From the UHGV virus genome UHGV-0361196: DNA of 39,311 nt. One strand, given 5' to 3'. Source of the stretch: a virus. Positions 26,872 through 38,291 of the stretch are shown in pieces; the stretch's first letter is position 1; the number at the start of each line of letters is the position of its first letter. Under the pieces are notes generated by a model. The model did no database searches, was not told where the DNA came from, and worked only from the letters and a program-made list of their open reading frames with translations. The position numbers and the translations under genes were made by a program.

Positions 26872-27306
26872 ATGGACGAAATGAATTTAAGTCCTGAAGC
26901 ACAGGAACTGCGTGACAGTATTGTGGCGGAGCTTCAGTCCGGTGGGCTGAAACTGAAAGACGGCCTCCCGTTCGGCACCGGTGACGAGACTGAAATGCAG
27001 TATGACGTGACACTGCGTGAACTGACCGCAGGCGATCTGATTGATGCCCAGGCGGCTGCTGAAAAGCTGGTAATGAGCAAGGAAGGTCCGGTGCTGGTCA
27101 GTTCCCCGTCCCGGATGGGACTGGAAATGCTGCGCCGACAGATTGCCAGCGTGGGTTGCATCAAAGGCCCGTTATCGCTGGCGCTGATGCGCAAGCTGTC
27201 TGTTGATGACTTCCAGCGTCTGTCGCTGGCTACAGAGATGCACGACATGGCTGTGGCGGCATCGCTGACGCAAGAACGGGGGCGAGTGGCTGCGGTGCCG
27301 GAATGA
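26872..27306 (+). CDS. tail assembly chaperone-like protein
   Basis: 144 aa; acidic; positioned between tube and tape-measure genes. Confidence 0.65.
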   Translation: MDEMNLSPEAQELRDSIVAELQSGGLKLKDGLPFGTGDETEMQYDVTLRELTAGDLIDAQAAAEKLVMSKEGPVLVSSPSRMGLEMLRRQIASVGCIKGPLSLALMRKLSVDDFQRLSLATEMHDMAVAASLTQERGRVAAVPE

Positions 27307-27450
27307 TATTGAGAAAGCGGCGACAGCGATTGGCGTTATTCTGAAAAGTGGCCCGGAATGGGCCTTGTCTCTCCCGCTGTCCCGCTTTTTCCGGCACTGC
27401 CAGCAGGCGAAAACCCTCTCTCAATATCACCGTTAAATCAGGAAATATCT

Positions 27451-29709
27451 ATGACCGGGAAACGCTTAAAAGCGTCAGTCATTATTGACCTTAATGGCAA
27501 TCTTTCCCGGCGTTCCCGCCAGTATTCGAACCAGATAAACGCCCTGTCCCGTAGCGGGCAAAGTTCCCTTCGTGCCCTGCGTATGGAGGTTGTGCGCGTT
27601 TCTGGTGCCATTGACAGAATGGGTTCTCTGTCAACCCGTACATTCCGAATGCTGTCAGCCGGGGCGCTGGGTATCGCTGGCGTGGGTTACACCGCCAATA
27701 AACTGTTTATTGGTGCAGCCGCCCAGCGTGAGCAACAGATCATCGCCATGAACTCGCTGTATCACGGCGATAAGGTCAGAGCGCAGGCCATGATGGCCTG
27801 GGCAAAGCAGAACGCGAAGGACACCACGTGGGGGCTGAGTGGTGTTCTTGATGAGATCCGTTCGTCGAAAGGCTTCGGCATGACGGATGAACAGACGAAA
27901 CAGTTCATCACCATGTTGCAGGATCAGGGGGCCATGCACGGCTGGGATTTACCCACTGCACAGGGTGCCTCACTGCAACTGAAACAGATGTTTGCCCGCC
28001 AGCAAATCACAGCGGCGGATGCCAACCTGCTGACCGGTTACGGTATCAACGTTTATCAGGCGCTGGCTGATGCAACGGGAACGGACGTTAAAAAAATCCG
28101 TGATCTGGGTACAAAGGGCAAGCTGGGCATGAAATCCATTCTGACGGTATTCAGAACGCTGTCAGAACAGTCAAAAGGTGCACAGGCCAGTGCGATGAAC
28201 TCCTGGGACGGGATGTTCGCCCAGATGGAAGCCAACCTGCTTGAATTTCGCATAAAGGTGGCAAACAGCGGCCCCTTTGAAGAAATCAAGAACGAGATGC
28301 GCCGGGTGCTTAACTGGCACGACATGGCGGATAAATCCGGGGAACTTGACGCACTGGCAGAAAACATTGGTCAGAAATTTCTGACCACGTTCAGAACGGT
28401 AAAAATCGCGGCGCAGGAATTATGGCGCTGGCTGAAACCGGGCAAGGATGCGCTGGTATGGGTTGACCAGAATATTGTCAGCCTGAAAAAACTGGCTGCT
28501 GTTCTGGTGTCCGTCTGGCTTGCCAACAAAGCTCTGAGGGCAGGCTGGGCCGTGGCTAAACCCTCATGGCAGGTTGCCAGTTATCCGTTTAAAACCGGGC
28601 GTCGTATGTGGCGCCGGATGCGGAACCGCAAACGTGAGCAGGCAGGTCTGCCGATCCCGGCGCCCATGACAACTGAGGCGCTGTTGCAGGGCACCGGCAT
28701 TCAGCGTGTGTTTGTCATCAACTGGCCCCGTGGATTTGGTGGCTACGGGAGTGGCGGCGGTCGTCGCGGACGCGGCGGCGGAAGAACGCCCCCGCTGTTA
28801 CCCCGCCAGCCGCTGTTGCTGCCCGGGCCACGACCACTGCCATTACCTGCACCACGCCCTGTGCCGGCATTACCCCCACCCGGCGTTCCGGCAGCAGCAC
28901 GCCCCGCGCCACGACCTTTACCCGGTAAATCCGGTCTTCCGGGCAGGTTTGCAGGCAGCGCTGCCGCGCAGCAGGTTACGGGAGCGGCAGGAACGCTGGC
29001 GAATGCCGGGCGTACTGTCAGCAGACTGCTTTCCGGTGCCGGAAACAGGCAGACCGCGCCATCTCCGGTCGTTCCGGTAACACCGCGCCCCGCGCCCCGC
29101 CCTTTGCCCGCTAAATCCGGTCTTCCGGGCAGGCTGGCAGGCAGCGCTGCCGGGCAACGGGTTACGGGAACGGTCGGAAAACTGGCTGATGTCGGGCGTG
29201 CCGTTGGCGGGTGGTTTTCCGGTATCGGGAACAGACTCGCAGACAGCGCAATCGGTAGGGTTGTGACAAAAGGTGCCGGGGCGCTGGGCTGGATGGGGAA
29301 AGGTGCCGGTCGTGCCCTGTCACGTCTGGGTGGCCCGGTAATGGGGGCACTCCAGCTTGCCCCCGTCCTGATGGATGAGCAGGCGTCAACCCATGAAAAA
29401 GCAGGCGCAATTGGCAGTACAGCCGGTGCATGGCTCGGCGGTGCCGTTGGCAGCCTTGCCGGACCGCTGGGTACGGTTGCCGGTGCCACGTTGGGCAGTG
29501 TCGCCGGGGAGTATCTGGGCGGTTTTGTAACCGACCTGTATCAGAAATGGACGGCCCCGGATAAGGAACCGCAGGAACAAAAAGTGAATGCGGAAGCCTC
29601 GCTGCGCGTCGAACTTGGCGAGGGGTTACGTCTGACCAGTTCCCGCGTCACCGAGGACGGTATGGGGCTGAATATTTACGCGGGCGATAACTACATTACA
29701 GGCTGGTAA
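27451..29709 (+). CDS. tail tape measure protein
   Basis: About 752 aa from ATG 27451 (AGGAAA upstream); Ala/Gly-rich helical N-terminal half; Gly- and Pro-rich low-complexity stretch and internal tandem duplication; C-terminal Gly-rich region. Confidence 0.85.
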   Translation: MTGKRLKASVIIDLNGNLSRRSRQYSNQINALSRSGQSSLRALRMEVVRVSGAIDRMGSLSTRTFRMLSAGALGIAGVGYTANKLFIGAAAQREQQIIAMNSLYHGDKVRAQAMMAWAKQNAKDTTWGLSGVLDEIRSSKGFGMTDEQTKQFITMLQDQGAMHGWDLPTAQGASLQLKQMFARQQITAADANLLTGYGINVYQALADATGTDVKKIRDLGTKGKLGMKSILTVFRTLSEQSKGAQASAMNSWDGMFAQMEANLLEFRIKVANSGPFEEIKNEMRRVLNWHDMADKSGELDALAENIGQKFLTTFRTVKIAAQELWRWLKPGKDALVWVDQNIVSLKKLAAVLVSVWLANKALRAGWAVAKPSWQVASYPFKTGRRMWRRMRNRKREQAGLPIPAPMTTEALLQGTGIQRVFVINWPRGFGGYGSGGGRRGRGGGRTPPLLPRQPLLLPGPRPLPLPAPRPVPALPPPGVPAAARPAPRPLPGKSGLPGRFAGSAAAQQVTGAAGTLANAGRTVSRLLSGAGNRQTAPSPVVPVTPRPAPRPLPAKSGLPGRLAGSAAGQRVTGTVGKLADVGRAVGGWFSGIGNRLADSAIGRVVTKGAGALGWMGKGAGRALSRLGGPVMGALQLAPVLMDEQASTHEKAGAIGSTAGAWLGGAVGSLAGPLGTVAGATLGSVAGEYLGGFVTDLYQKWTAPDKEPQEQKVNAEASLRVELGEGLRLTSSRVTEDGMGLNIYAGDNYITGW
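28898..29269. repeat. in-frame tandem duplication of about 186 bp inside the tape-measure gene
   Basis: TAAATCCGGTCTTCCGGGCAGG occurs at 28926..28947 and 29112..29133 (period 186 bp); encodes two consecutive 62-aa units beginning RPAPRPLP[GA]KSGLPGR. Confidence 0.6.
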
Positions 29710-29713
29710 AACC

Positions 29714-31201
29714 ATGTTTGAAGATGCTTTAAATGCCGTTAATGCTGTCCGGGATAAAATCAGCGGTGGTAAGAAAACAACCGGCAAAGGCACGTTTCGT
29801 AACGTGCCGTTTCTCGTCATCGAGGAGCAAAAACAGGCTGGCGGACGTCGCCTGGTTAAACGCGAGTACCCGTTACGTGATACCGGCGGCGTCAATGACC
29901 TGGGGAAAAAGCTTCGCTCCCGTACATTCAGCGCCTGCATTCTGAACAGCAACGCAGAAACAGCCAGAGATGAAGCGGGTGCGCTGATGGATGCTCTTGA
30001 TGCTCCGGGTGGCGGTGAGCTGGTACATCCTGATTTCGGCACTGTGGACGTCATGGTGGATTCATGGGAATGCCGCACTAAAGCGGATGAACTGAATTAT
30101 TACGCGTTCACCGTTACCGTTTATCCGTCGTTGCAGGATACTGCCCCGGACTCAGAGACAGACACCAGTGCAGCCGTACCGGCACAGGCCGTTGCTGTAA
30201 CCGGTTCTCTGGGAGATACGCTGTCCTCTGTCTGGCAGACCGTAAAAGATGGCACTGCGGCGGCAACCGCCGTGATGGAAGCTGTAACCGGTGTCATCGA
30301 TGATATCAGTGATGCGGTGGACAATCTGGGGGTTACGCAGACTGTCAGCGGTCTGATGGGATCGCTTTCTGCGATGAAAGGCTCTGTGACCAGCCTGATT
30401 AACCAGCCTGCCATGCTGGCCTCCTCGCTGATGGGGGCGCTGTCCGGCGTTTCATCGTTATGCGATACCCGGACAGCATTTTCCACATGGAACCGTCTGG
30501 CGCAGCGATTCGAACGTCGCCATGCCGCCACCGCAGGCAGACAGGGGACAATCACAACCTCGTACAACAGTCCGGTTGCAGAAAAAAATATTGCCACACT
30601 GAACTACGTCATGCTGGCAGCAGCACAGACATACCGGGCGGAGGCAGCAAGCCAGGCACTGACTGCGGCACTGGATTTCAGTCGCCGGATGGATAATGCC
30701 GCCCGTGCACCTGTACTGGATGCCCCGTCCACCACAACCGGCACAGCCAGCGGGGCCAGCAGCACATCCGCTACCGTCACACAGGGACAGTTACAGTTAA
30801 CTGCCATAACCCCGGACGGCGGTTTTTCACAGGTATCCTTTTCAGACAGTGGTACAGCCACGCCCCCGGTATTTGAAAGTGTGTCCGATATCGGAAAAAC
30901 AGCCGCCATGCTGGGGGCAGCGCTGGATACCGTCATTCTGACGGCATCTGAGCAGGGTTTTTCGACAGACAGCGCTCAGCTTACGCAACTGCGCCTGCTG
31001 GTTGTTGCTGACCTGGAAAAACGCGGACTGCAACTGGCGGGCAGTGAAATGCACAGCCTGCCGGAGACGATGCCCGCAGTGGTGGCCCTGTACCGTTACA
31101 CAGGAAACAGCCGGAACTGGCAACGGCTGGCCCGCAGGAATGGCAGCAGCAACCCGTTATTTGTTCCCGGTGGTGTCAGTACTGAGGTGATTAATGAGTA
31201 A
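29714..31201 (+). CDS. N: tail/baseplate protein (Mu N-like, DNA circularisation protein family)
   Basis: 495 aa; Ala/Thr/Ser-rich C-terminal half; assigned by position after the tape measure. Confidence 0.8.
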   Translation: MFEDALNAVNAVRDKISGGKKTTGKGTFRNVPFLVIEEQKQAGGRRLVKREYPLRDTGGVNDLGKKLRSRTFSACILNSNAETARDEAGALMDALDAPGGGELVHPDFGTVDVMVDSWECRTKADELNYYAFTVTVYPSLQDTAPDSETDTSAAVPAQAVAVTGSLGDTLSSVWQTVKDGTAAATAVMEAVTGVIDDISDAVDNLGVTQTVSGLMGSLSAMKGSVTSLINQPAMLASSLMGALSGVSSLCDTRTAFSTWNRLAQRFERRHAATAGRQGTITTSYNSPVAEKNIATLNYVMLAAAQTYRAEAASQALTAALDFSRRMDNAARAPVLDAPSTTTGTASGASSTSATVTQGQLQLTAITPDGGFSQVSFSDSGTATPPVFESVSDIGKTAAMLGAALDTVILTASEQGFSTDSAQLTQLRLLVVADLEKRGLQLAGSEMHSLPETMPAVVALYRYTGNSRNWQRLARRNGSSNPLFVPGGVSTEVINE

Positions 31202-32333
31202 TACCGTCACACTGCGAGCGGATGGCAGGCTGTTTACCGGCTGGACGTCAGTTTCTGTCACCCGCTCCATTGAATCCGTAGCCGGATATTTTGAGCTGGG
31301 GGTGAATGTGCCACCGGGTACAGATTTATCCGGGCTGGCACCGGGGAAGGCGTTCATGCTGGAAATCGGGGGGCAGATTGTCTGCACCGGTTATATCGAT
31401 TCACGGCGACGCCAGATGACCGCTGACAGTATGAAAATCACTGTCGCCGGACGTGACAAAACGGCTGACCTGATTGACTGTGCTGCCGTTTACAGTGGCG
31501 GACAGTGGAAAAACCGCACACTGGAGCAGATTGCGCGTGACCTGTGCGCCCCTTATGGCGTTACCGTTCGCTGGGAGCTTTCCGATAAGGAAAGTTCGGC
31601 AGTTTTTCCCGGCTTCACGCTGGACCATTCAGAAACCGTTTATGAGGCGCTGGTGCGTGCCTCCCGCGCACGCGGTGTACTGATGACCAGCAATGCCGCC
31701 GGAGAGCTGGTATTCAGCCGGGCTGCCAGCACAGCCACTGATGAGCTGGTTCTCGGAGAAAATCTGCTGACACTGGATTTTGAGGAAGACTTCCGCGACC
31801 GGTTCAGCGAATACACCGTCAAGGGGTATGCCCGCGCAAATGGTGCTGAGGGTGATGATATTGATGCGAAAAGTATCGTCTCCCGGAAAGGGACCGCGAC
31901 TGACAGTGATGTGACCCGTTACAGACCGATGATCATCATTGCTGACAGCAAAATTACGGCGAAGGATGCACAGGCCCGCGCCCTGCGTGAGCAACGCCGC
32001 AGACTGGCAAAATCCATCACCTTTGAGGCAGAAATTGACGGATGGACTCGCAAGGACGGGCAACTCTGGATGCCGAACCTGCTGGTCACTATTGATGCCT
32101 CGAAATATGCCATCAAAACCACGGAATTACTGGTCAGCAAAGTCACCCTGATACTGAATGACCAGGACGGGCTGAAAACCCGCGTCAGCCTTGCACCACG
32201 CGAAGGCTTTCTGGTGCCGGTTGAAAGCGACCGTAAAAACAGGAAAGGCGGCGACAGTAACGGCGGTATTGATGCGCTGGTTGAAGATTATTATCGCAGA
32301 CACCCGGAGAAAACGCCGCCATGGAAAGAGTAA
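31194..32333 (+). CDS. P: baseplate hub protein (Mu P-like)
   Basis: 379 aa; overlaps upstream gene. Confidence 0.8.
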   Translation: MSNTVTLRADGRLFTGWTSVSVTRSIESVAGYFELGVNVPPGTDLSGLAPGKAFMLEIGGQIVCTGYIDSRRRQMTADSMKITVAGRDKTADLIDCAAVYSGGQWKNRTLEQIARDLCAPYGVTVRWELSDKESSAVFPGFTLDHSETVYEALVRASRARGVLMTSNAAGELVFSRAASTATDELVLGENLLTLDFEEDFRDRFSEYTVKGYARANGAEGDDIDAKSIVSRKGTATDSDVTRYRPMIIIADSKITAKDAQARALREQRRRLAKSITFEAEIDGWTRKDGQLWMPNLLVTIDASKYAIKTTELLVSKVTLILNDQDGLKTRVSLAPREGFLVPVESDRKNRKGGDSNGGIDALVEDYYRRHPEKTPPWKE

Positions 32334-32914
32334 ATGACTCCGCCATGAACCGCCTGCTAACGCCGCTGATGCGTCGTGTGCGCCTGATGCTTGCGCGCGC
32401 TGTTGTTAACGTGATTAACGACGGGCGAAAGGTTCAGAACCTGCAGGTCGGTCTGCTGGATGATGAGGAATCCGATGAAGTGGAGCGCCTGCAAAATTAC
32501 GGGCATTTCAGCGTTCCCCTGCCGGGCGCAGAGGCGCTGATTGCCTGTGTGGGCGCACAACGTGATCAGGGGATTGCTGTTGTGGTGGAAGACCGCCGCT
32601 ACCGCCCGACAAATCTTGAACCGGGTGATGCAGGCATTTACCACCATGAGGGGCATCGTATCAGGCTGACAAAGGACGGACGCTGCATCATTACCTGTAA
32701 AACGGTCGAGGTTTACGCTGATGAAAGTATGACCGTTGACACACCCAGAACCACGTTTACCGGCGACGTTGAGATCCAGAAAGGTCTGGGCGTTAAAGGT
32801 AAAAGCCAGTTCGACAGCAATATTACTGCCCCGGATGCCATCATCAATGGCAAATCGACGGATAAGCATATCCACCGTGGCGACAGCGGTGGAACCACGG
32901 GGCCAATGCAATGA
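32321..32914 (+). CDS. baseplate central spike / assembly protein V-like
   Basis: 197 aa; C-terminal beta-rich region; assigned by position and size. Confidence 0.7.
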   Translation: MERVNDSAMNRLLTPLMRRVRLMLARAVVNVINDGRKVQNLQVGLLDDEESDEVERLQNYGHFSVPLPGAEALIACVGAQRDQGIAVVVEDRRYRPTNLEPGDAGIYHHEGHRIRLTKDGRCIITCKTVEVYADESMTVDTPRTTFTGDVEIQKGLGVKGKSQFDSNITAPDAIINGKSTDKHIHRGDSGGTTGPMQ

Positions 32915-33348
32915 CCGATTTAGCCATTATCTGGACGAACGGACGCGGCGATATTGCACAGGATGGCATTGATATGCTGACCGACGACAGCCTGACAACC
33001 GATGTGACAATCTCCCTGTTTACAGACCGGCGCGCGCTGGATTCTGACACGCTGCCGGATGGTTCAGATGATCGCCGTGGATGGTGGGGTGACAGTTACC
33101 GCGACCGCCCCATCGGTTCGCGGTTGTGGCTGTTATCACGTGAAAAAGCCACACCGGATACGCTGGAACGCGCCAGAGGGTATGCCGAAGAGGCGCTGGA
33201 ATGGCTGAAAACAGCGGGCCGGGTAAGTGCGATTAACGTCAGAGCGGAACAGTTACATCAGGGCTGGTTATACCTCTACATTGCCCTGACATTACCGGAT
33301 GGTTCCGTTATTCCTTATGAGTTTAAAGCAGCATTTAACGGGGTTTAA
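32911..33348 (+). CDS. baseplate wedge protein (W/gp25-like)
   Basis: 145 aa; ATGA overlap with upstream gene. Confidence 0.7.
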   Translation: MTDLAIIWTNGRGDIAQDGIDMLTDDSLTTDVTISLFTDRRALDSDTLPDGSDDRRGWWGDSYRDRPIGSRLWLLSREKATPDTLERARGYAEEALEWLKTAGRVSAINVRAEQLHQGWLYLYIALTLPDGSVIPYEFKAAFNGV

Positions 33349-34431
33349 ATGGCTTATTCACCACCGACATTATCATCGCTGATTGCCCGTACAGAACAGA
33401 ATATTGAACAGCGCCTGCCGGGTAGCTGGCCTCAGGCCCGTGAAAAAACGCTGAGTGCCATTGCATATGCTCAGGCGGGCCTTGCTGCCGGTTGTCACGA
33501 GCATATTTCATGGGTTGGACGGCAGATTATCCCGTCGACAGCAGATGAAGATGAGTTGCTGGAGCACTGCCGGTTCTGGGGCGTGCGCCGCAAACAGGCG
33601 ACAGCCGCCAGCGGCCCGCTGACTGTCACCACATCGGCAGCGACCACCATTCCTGCCGGTACACGCTGGCAGCGTGCTGATGGTGTGGTTTACAGCCTGG
33701 CTGATGCCATTGTGATTGACCGTGCAGGAACGACGGAAATTACCGTTACCGCACTGGCTGCCGGTGAAGCAGGAAATACCGGTGAGAATACCCTTTTAAC
33801 GTTGATCACCCCGGTTGCCTGTGTTGTTTCCGATGCCATCACTGTAAAAGGGTTTTCCGGTGGGGCTGATATTGAGAGTGCAGCGGAGCTGCTGTCACGG
33901 CTGGAATATCGTGTCCAGTATCCTCCGTTCGGCGGTAATCAGTTTGATTATGTTCGCTGGGCGCGTGAAGTCAGCGGCGTTACCCGTGCCTGGTGTTTTC
34001 CGACATGGAAAGGCGGTGGCACAGTCGGGGTGACGTTTGTTATGGATAACCGGAGCAATATTTTTCCACAACCGGCAGACGTGGAACGCGTGGCGGATTA
34101 TATCGCCGGTCATACTGACCCGATTACCGGTCTGATTGTCGGACAGCCTGACGGTGTAAATGTCACTGTATTTGCGCCAAAGGCAAAGCCGGTAAATCCA
34201 CGGATTTATATATCACCGAAGACAGCCGAACTGAAACAGGCTATTACCCACGCCATTAATACCATGTTTTTTAATGAGGTGACGCCGGGCGGCGCACTTG
34301 CCCCCTCCCGTATTATCCGTGCGGTGGCAGGTGTTACCGGTCTGGATGATTTTGAAGTGCGTTTCCCGACAGAGATCCAGCGTTCGGAGAATACAGAACT
34401 GTTAACACCGGGGACAATTGAATGGCTGTAA
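33349..34431 (+). CDS. baseplate J-like protein
   Basis: 360 aa; assigned by size and position. Confidence 0.8.
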   Translation: MAYSPPTLSSLIARTEQNIEQRLPGSWPQAREKTLSAIAYAQAGLAAGCHEHISWVGRQIIPSTADEDELLEHCRFWGVRRKQATAASGPLTVTTSAATTIPAGTRWQRADGVVYSLADAIVIDRAGTTEITVTALAAGEAGNTGENTLLTLITPVACVVSDAITVKGFSGGADIESAAELLSRLEYRVQYPPFGGNQFDYVRWAREVSGVTRAWCFPTWKGGGTVGVTFVMDNRSNIFPQPADVERVADYIAGHTDPITGLIVGQPDGVNVTVFAPKAKPVNPRIYISPKTAELKQAITHAINTMFFNEVTPGGALAPSRIIRAVAGVTGLDDFEVRFPTEIQRSENTELLTPGTIEWL

Positions 34432-34964
34432 CACCCTATCAGACGGCCTTTCTGCAATTACTGCCGTCAGGGCTTGCCTGGAATAAAAGCCCCGACAGCA
34501 AATTATCTGCGCTGGCGCAGGCCATCAGCGACGTGATTGCCACTGCGGCGGATGATGCGCGGCAAATGCTGCGGGAGCGTTTCCCGTCCACATCCCGCTG
34601 GTATCTGGGTGAGTGGGAATCATTTCTGGGGTTGCCGGACTGTACAAGCGAAAACGGCACCCTGTCCGAACGCCAGCGGGCTGCCGCGAATAAAATGCGT
34701 ATGACCGGCAATCTGAGTCGGCGCTTTTATGAATGGCTGGCTGCGCAGTACGGTTTTACCGTCAGGCTGACGGATTCCACAGAAGGCCAGTGGGTTACGC
34801 AGGTCAATATTTACGGTATTAAAAATTATCGCAACGCAACGGTGCTGGATAATGTTCTGACGCCGTTACGTGTTTATGAATCGGGTGCGCTGGAATGTTT
34901 ACTGGAGAAATATAAACCTGCACATCAGATTTATAAATTTGTTTACCATGACGGAGATAACTAA
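34422..34964 (+). CDS. baseplate/tail protein (P2 gpI-like position)
   Basis: 180 aa; overlaps both neighbours. Confidence 0.7.
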   Translation: MAVTPYQTAFLQLLPSGLAWNKSPDSKLSALAQAISDVIATAADDARQMLRERFPSTSRWYLGEWESFLGLPDCTSENGTLSERQRAAANKMRMTGNLSRRFYEWLAAQYGFTVRLTDSTEGQWVTQVNIYGIKNYRNATVLDNVLTPLRVYESGALECLLEKYKPAHQIYKFVYHDGDN

Positions 34965-37528
34965 TGTTTTATATTGATAACGACAGCGGCGTAACCGTCA
35001 TGCCGCCCGTATCCGCCCAGCGTAGTGCTATCGTTCGCTGGTTTTCAGAAGGTGACGGGAATAATGTTATCACATGGCCCGGCATGGACTGGTTTAATAT
35101 TGTGCAGGCGGAGTTATTAAACACGCTGGAAGAAGCCGGTATTCAACCGGATAAAACAAAATTAAACCAGCTTGCACTGTCCATTAAAGCCATTATGGGC
35201 AATAACGCGCTGCTGATAAAAAATAACCTCAGCGAAATAAAAACGGCCGGGGCATCAGCACAGCGCACAGCACGTGAAAATCTGGGTATTTATGATGCCA
35301 GTGTGAGCAAAAAGGGGCTGGTTCAGCTAAGCAGTGCAACAAACAGCACCAGTGAAAAGCTGGCAGCAACGCCAAAAGCGGTCAAGGCAGCAAATGACAA
35401 CGCAAATTCACGTCTGGCGAAAAATCAGAACGGTGCAGATATCCAGGATAAATCAGCTTTTCTGGACAATGTTGGCGTTACCAGCCTGACGTTTATGAAA
35501 AACAATGGCGAAATGCCGCCTGATGCTGATCTGAATACATTTGGTCCCGTTAAGGCTTATCTGGGGATCTGGTCTAAAGCTACCTCAACTAACGCAACAC
35601 TGGAGAAAAATTTTCCGGAAGATAATGCTGTCGGTGTGCTTGAGGTTTTTGCTGCCGGCAATTTTGCAGGCACGCAACGCTTTATCACGAGAGACGGCAA
35701 TGTATACATGCGTAAACTCGCCAATAAGTGGAATGGTACTGATGGTCCATGGGGCGTATGGCGTCACACTCAATCAGCTACCCGCCCTTTGAGTACGACT
35801 ATAGACCTGAATACGCTTGGAGCCGCCGAACATCTTGGTTTATGGCGTAACAGTAGCTCGGCTATAGCTTCATATGAACGCAATTATCCAGAGGAAGGCG
35901 GCTTTGCTCAGGGGACGCTTGAGATCCTCGAAGGCGGGAATTATGGAAGAACACAACGTTATACCACTCGCCGTGGAAATATGTATGTCCGCTGCCTTGC
36001 GGCAAGCTGGGATGCATCAAATCCGCAGTGGGAACCGTGGTTAAGAGTCGGTCATCAGTCAGAGAGTCGTTATTACGACGGGGATTTGAATGATGTGACT
36101 TCACCAGGTATTTACAGCGTTACAGGTAAAGCGACCAACGGTCCAGTACTGGACGGAAACGGCGTGACTGTACTCGGCATTCTGGAAGTGTTGAGGCGGT
36201 TTGATGGTGTTAATGTATGGCAGCGTTATACAACTGCCGGAACAGGTACAACCCTTAAAGGCCGCACCTTTGAGCGCGTCTTTACCGGCAGCTCATGGAG
36301 CGAATGGCGGGAAGTCTACACCTCGTATTCACTTCCCCTGAATCTGGGTATCGGCGGTGCTGTGGCAAAGCTCACCAGCCTGGACTGGCAGACCCACGAC
36401 TTTGTGCCGGGCAGTCTGATAACCGTTCGGCTTGATAACATGACCAACATTCCCAACGGTATGGACTGGGGCGTCATTGATGGCAACCTGATAAACATCG
36501 CAGTTGGTCCGAGTGATGATTCCGGTACGGGGCGCTCAATGCATGTATGGCGCAGCACTGTAAGTAAAGCGAACTACCGCTTTTTTATGGTGCGTATTTC
36601 AGGAAATCCGGGACGCCGCACGATTACAGCAAGACGAGTACCAATCATTGACGAAGCCCAGACATGGGGCGCGAAACAGACATTCAGTGCTGGCCTTTCT
36701 GGTGAACTGTCCGGCAATGCGGCGACAGCAACAAAGCTGAAAACAGCCCGTAAAATTAATAACGTTTCGTTTGATGGAACATCAGATATTAACCTGACGC
36801 CGAAAAATATTGGTGCATTTGCTTCAGGAAAAACAGGAGACACCGTTGCGAATGATAAAGCCGTTGGATGGAACTGGAGTAGCGGAGCCTATAACGCAAC
36901 TATTGGTGGGGCATCAACGTTAATTCTTCATTTTAATATCGGGGAAGGAAGTTGTCCCGCCGCCCAGTTTCGCGTTAATTATAAGAACGGTGGTATTTTT
37001 TATCGTTCTGCTCGTGACGGTTACGGATTCGAGGCTGACTGGTCTGAGTTTTATACCACAACGCGAAAACCTACAGCGGGAGATGTCGGTGCACTGCCGT
37101 TATCTGGTGGTCAATTGAATGGTGCTCTGGGTATAGGAACATCCAGTGCTCTTGGCGGTAATTCGATTGTTTTGGGTGATAATGACACGGGCTTTAAACA
37201 AAATGGTGATGGTAATCTGGATGTTTATGCTAATAGCGTCCATGTTATGCGCTTTGTCTCCGGAAGCGTTCAAAGTAATAAAACCATAAATATTACGGGG
37301 CGTGTTAATCCCTCGGATTACGGTAACTTTGATTCCCGCTATGTGAGAGATATCAGACTTGGCACACGTGTTGTCCAGACCATGCAGAAAGGGGTGATGT
37401 ATGAGAAAGCAGGGCACGTAATTACCGGGCTTGGTATTGTCGGTGAAGTCGATGGTGATGACCCCGCAGTATTCAGACCAATACAAAAATACATCAATGG
37501 CACATGGTATAACGTTGCGCAGGTGTAA
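34964..37528 (+). CDS. tail fibre protein with three tandem knob-like modules
   Basis: 854 aa; N-terminal region typical of Mu S / P2 H-type fibres (...SSATNSTSEKLAATPKAVKAANDNA...); three tandem modules of about 85 aa at aa 188-452; C-terminal Gly-rich region. Confidence 0.85.
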   Translation: MFYIDNDSGVTVMPPVSAQRSAIVRWFSEGDGNNVITWPGMDWFNIVQAELLNTLEEAGIQPDKTKLNQLALSIKAIMGNNALLIKNNLSEIKTAGASAQRTARENLGIYDASVSKKGLVQLSSATNSTSEKLAATPKAVKAANDNANSRLAKNQNGADIQDKSAFLDNVGVTSLTFMKNNGEMPPDADLNTFGPVKAYLGIWSKATSTNATLEKNFPEDNAVGVLEVFAAGNFAGTQRFITRDGNVYMRKLANKWNGTDGPWGVWRHTQSATRPLSTTIDLNTLGAAEHLGLWRNSSSAIASYERNYPEEGGFAQGTLEILEGGNYGRTQRYTTRRGNMYVRCLAASWDASNPQWEPWLRVGHQSESRYYDGDLNDVTSPGIYSVTGKATNGPVLDGNGVTVLGILEVLRRFDGVNVWQRYTTAGTGTTLKGRTFERVFTGSSWSEWREVYTSYSLPLNLGIGGAVAKLTSLDWQTHDFVPGSLITVRLDNMTNIPNGMDWGVIDGNLINIAVGPSDDSGTGRSMHVWRSTVSKANYRFFMVRISGNPGRRTITARRVPIIDEAQTWGAKQTFSAGLSGELSGNAATATKLKTARKINNVSFDGTSDINLTPKNIGAFASGKTGDTVANDKAVGWNWSSGAYNATIGGASTLILHFNIGEGSCPAAQFRVNYKNGGIFYRSARDGYGFEADWSEFYTTTRKPTAGDVGALPLSGGQLNGALGIGTSSALGGNSIVLGDNDTGFKQNGDGNLDVYANSVHVMRFVSGSVQSNKTINITGRVNPSDYGNFDSRYVRDIRLGTRVVQTMQKGVMYEKAGHVITGLGIVGEVDGDDPAVFRPIQKYINGTWYNVAQV
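35525..36319. repeat. three tandem, diverged protein-level repeats in the tail fibre gene
   Basis: Modules beginning LNTFGPV, LNTLGAA and LNDVTSP share the pattern G-x-LE[IV]-x5-8-Q-R-[FY]-x-T-x4-8-R-x7-8-W-x-x-W. Confidence 0.5.
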
Positions 37529-37531
37529 ATT

Positions 37532-38059
37532 ATGCAGCATTTAAAAAACATTAAGTCAGGTAATCCAAAAACAAAAGAACAATATCAGCTAACAAAGAAT
37601 TTTGATGTTATCTGGTTATGGTCCGAAGACGGAAAAAACTGGTATGAGGAAGTAAGTAATTTTCAGCCAGACACAATAAAGATTGTTTACGATGAAAATA
37701 ATATTATTGTCGCCATCACCAGAGATGCTTCAACGCTCAACCCTGAAGGTTTTAGCGTTGTCGAGGTTCCTGATATTACCGCCAACCGACGTGCAGACGA
37801 CTCAGGTAAATGGATGTTTAAGGATGGTGCCGTGATTAAGCGGATTTATACGGCGGACGAACAGCAGCAACTGACAGAATTACAGAAGGCAACTTTGCTT
37901 TCCGAAGCTGAATCCGTGATTTTGCCGCTGGAACGCGCTGTCAGGCTGAATATGGCAACAGATGAGGAGCACAGCCGACTGGAGGCATGGGAACGCTACA
38001 GCGCTCTGGTCAGCCGCGTGGATACGGCAAAGCCAGAATGGCCACAAAAACCAGAGTAA
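37532..38059 (+). CDS. U: tail fibre assembly chaperone (Mu U / lambda Tfa-like)
   Basis: 175 aa directly after the fibre gene; C-terminal segment [32 protein letters not shown] typical of Tfa proteins. Confidence 0.8.
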   Translation: MQHLKNIKSGNPKTKEQYQLTKNFDVIWLWSEDGKNWYEEVSNFQPDTIKIVYDENNIIVAITRDASTLNPEGFSVVEVPDITANRRADDSGKWMFKDGAVIKRIYTADEQQQLTELQKATLLSEAESVILPLERAVRLNMATDEEHSRLEAWERYSALVSRVDTAKPEWPQKPE

Positions 38060-38064
38060 AAATT

Positions 38065-38092
38065 AAGGCCCGATAGCGGGCCTTCTCTTATT
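38065..38092. terminator. hairpin terminator between convergent tail-fibre-assembly sequences
   Basis: 8-bp stem AAGGCCCG / CGGGCCTT with loop ATAG, followed by CTCTTATTC. Confidence 0.55.
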
Positions 38093-38291
38093 CTGGTTGT
38101 TCGGAAAACGTTACTGGCAGGCTGGAGGGGTCTGTATATTCGACCTTCTGCGCATAGAGCATCCACTCGGTTAATTTTTGTTTATTCTCGTCGGAAATGA
38201 TACCCAGCCGTAGCGAACGCATATAGAAAACGACGATCGAATCAATTGAATCGATCGGTAATACAGATCGATTATGCCCCAATAACCACAC
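38088..38291 (-). pseudogene. relic of an inverted second tail-fibre-assembly gene (G-segment remnant)
   Basis: Minus-strand 67-aa ORF whose last 30 aa (SDENKQKLTEWMLYAQKVEYTDPSSLPVTFSEQPE) mirror the Tfa C-terminus pattern D-E-x4-L-x2-W-x2-Y-x3-V-x3-D; convergent with the intact chaperone gene; no variable fibre part or invertase follows. Confidence 0.35.

Noticed and set aside
27269-27436. 55-codon open frame (+1 relative to the chaperone-like gene) as a possible programmed frameshift extension before the tape measure
   Set aside because: No ATG, no recognisable slippery heptamer at the junction, and the usual chaperone frameshift is -1. More likely a chance open frame in the 144-bp intergenic region.
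38088-38291. Minus-strand 67-aa ORF as an intact small gene
   Set aside because: Its N-terminal half is translated across the GATC regulatory cluster of the mom promoter and only the C-terminal part resembles a tail-fibre-assembly protein. Treated as a gene relic, not a functional CDS.
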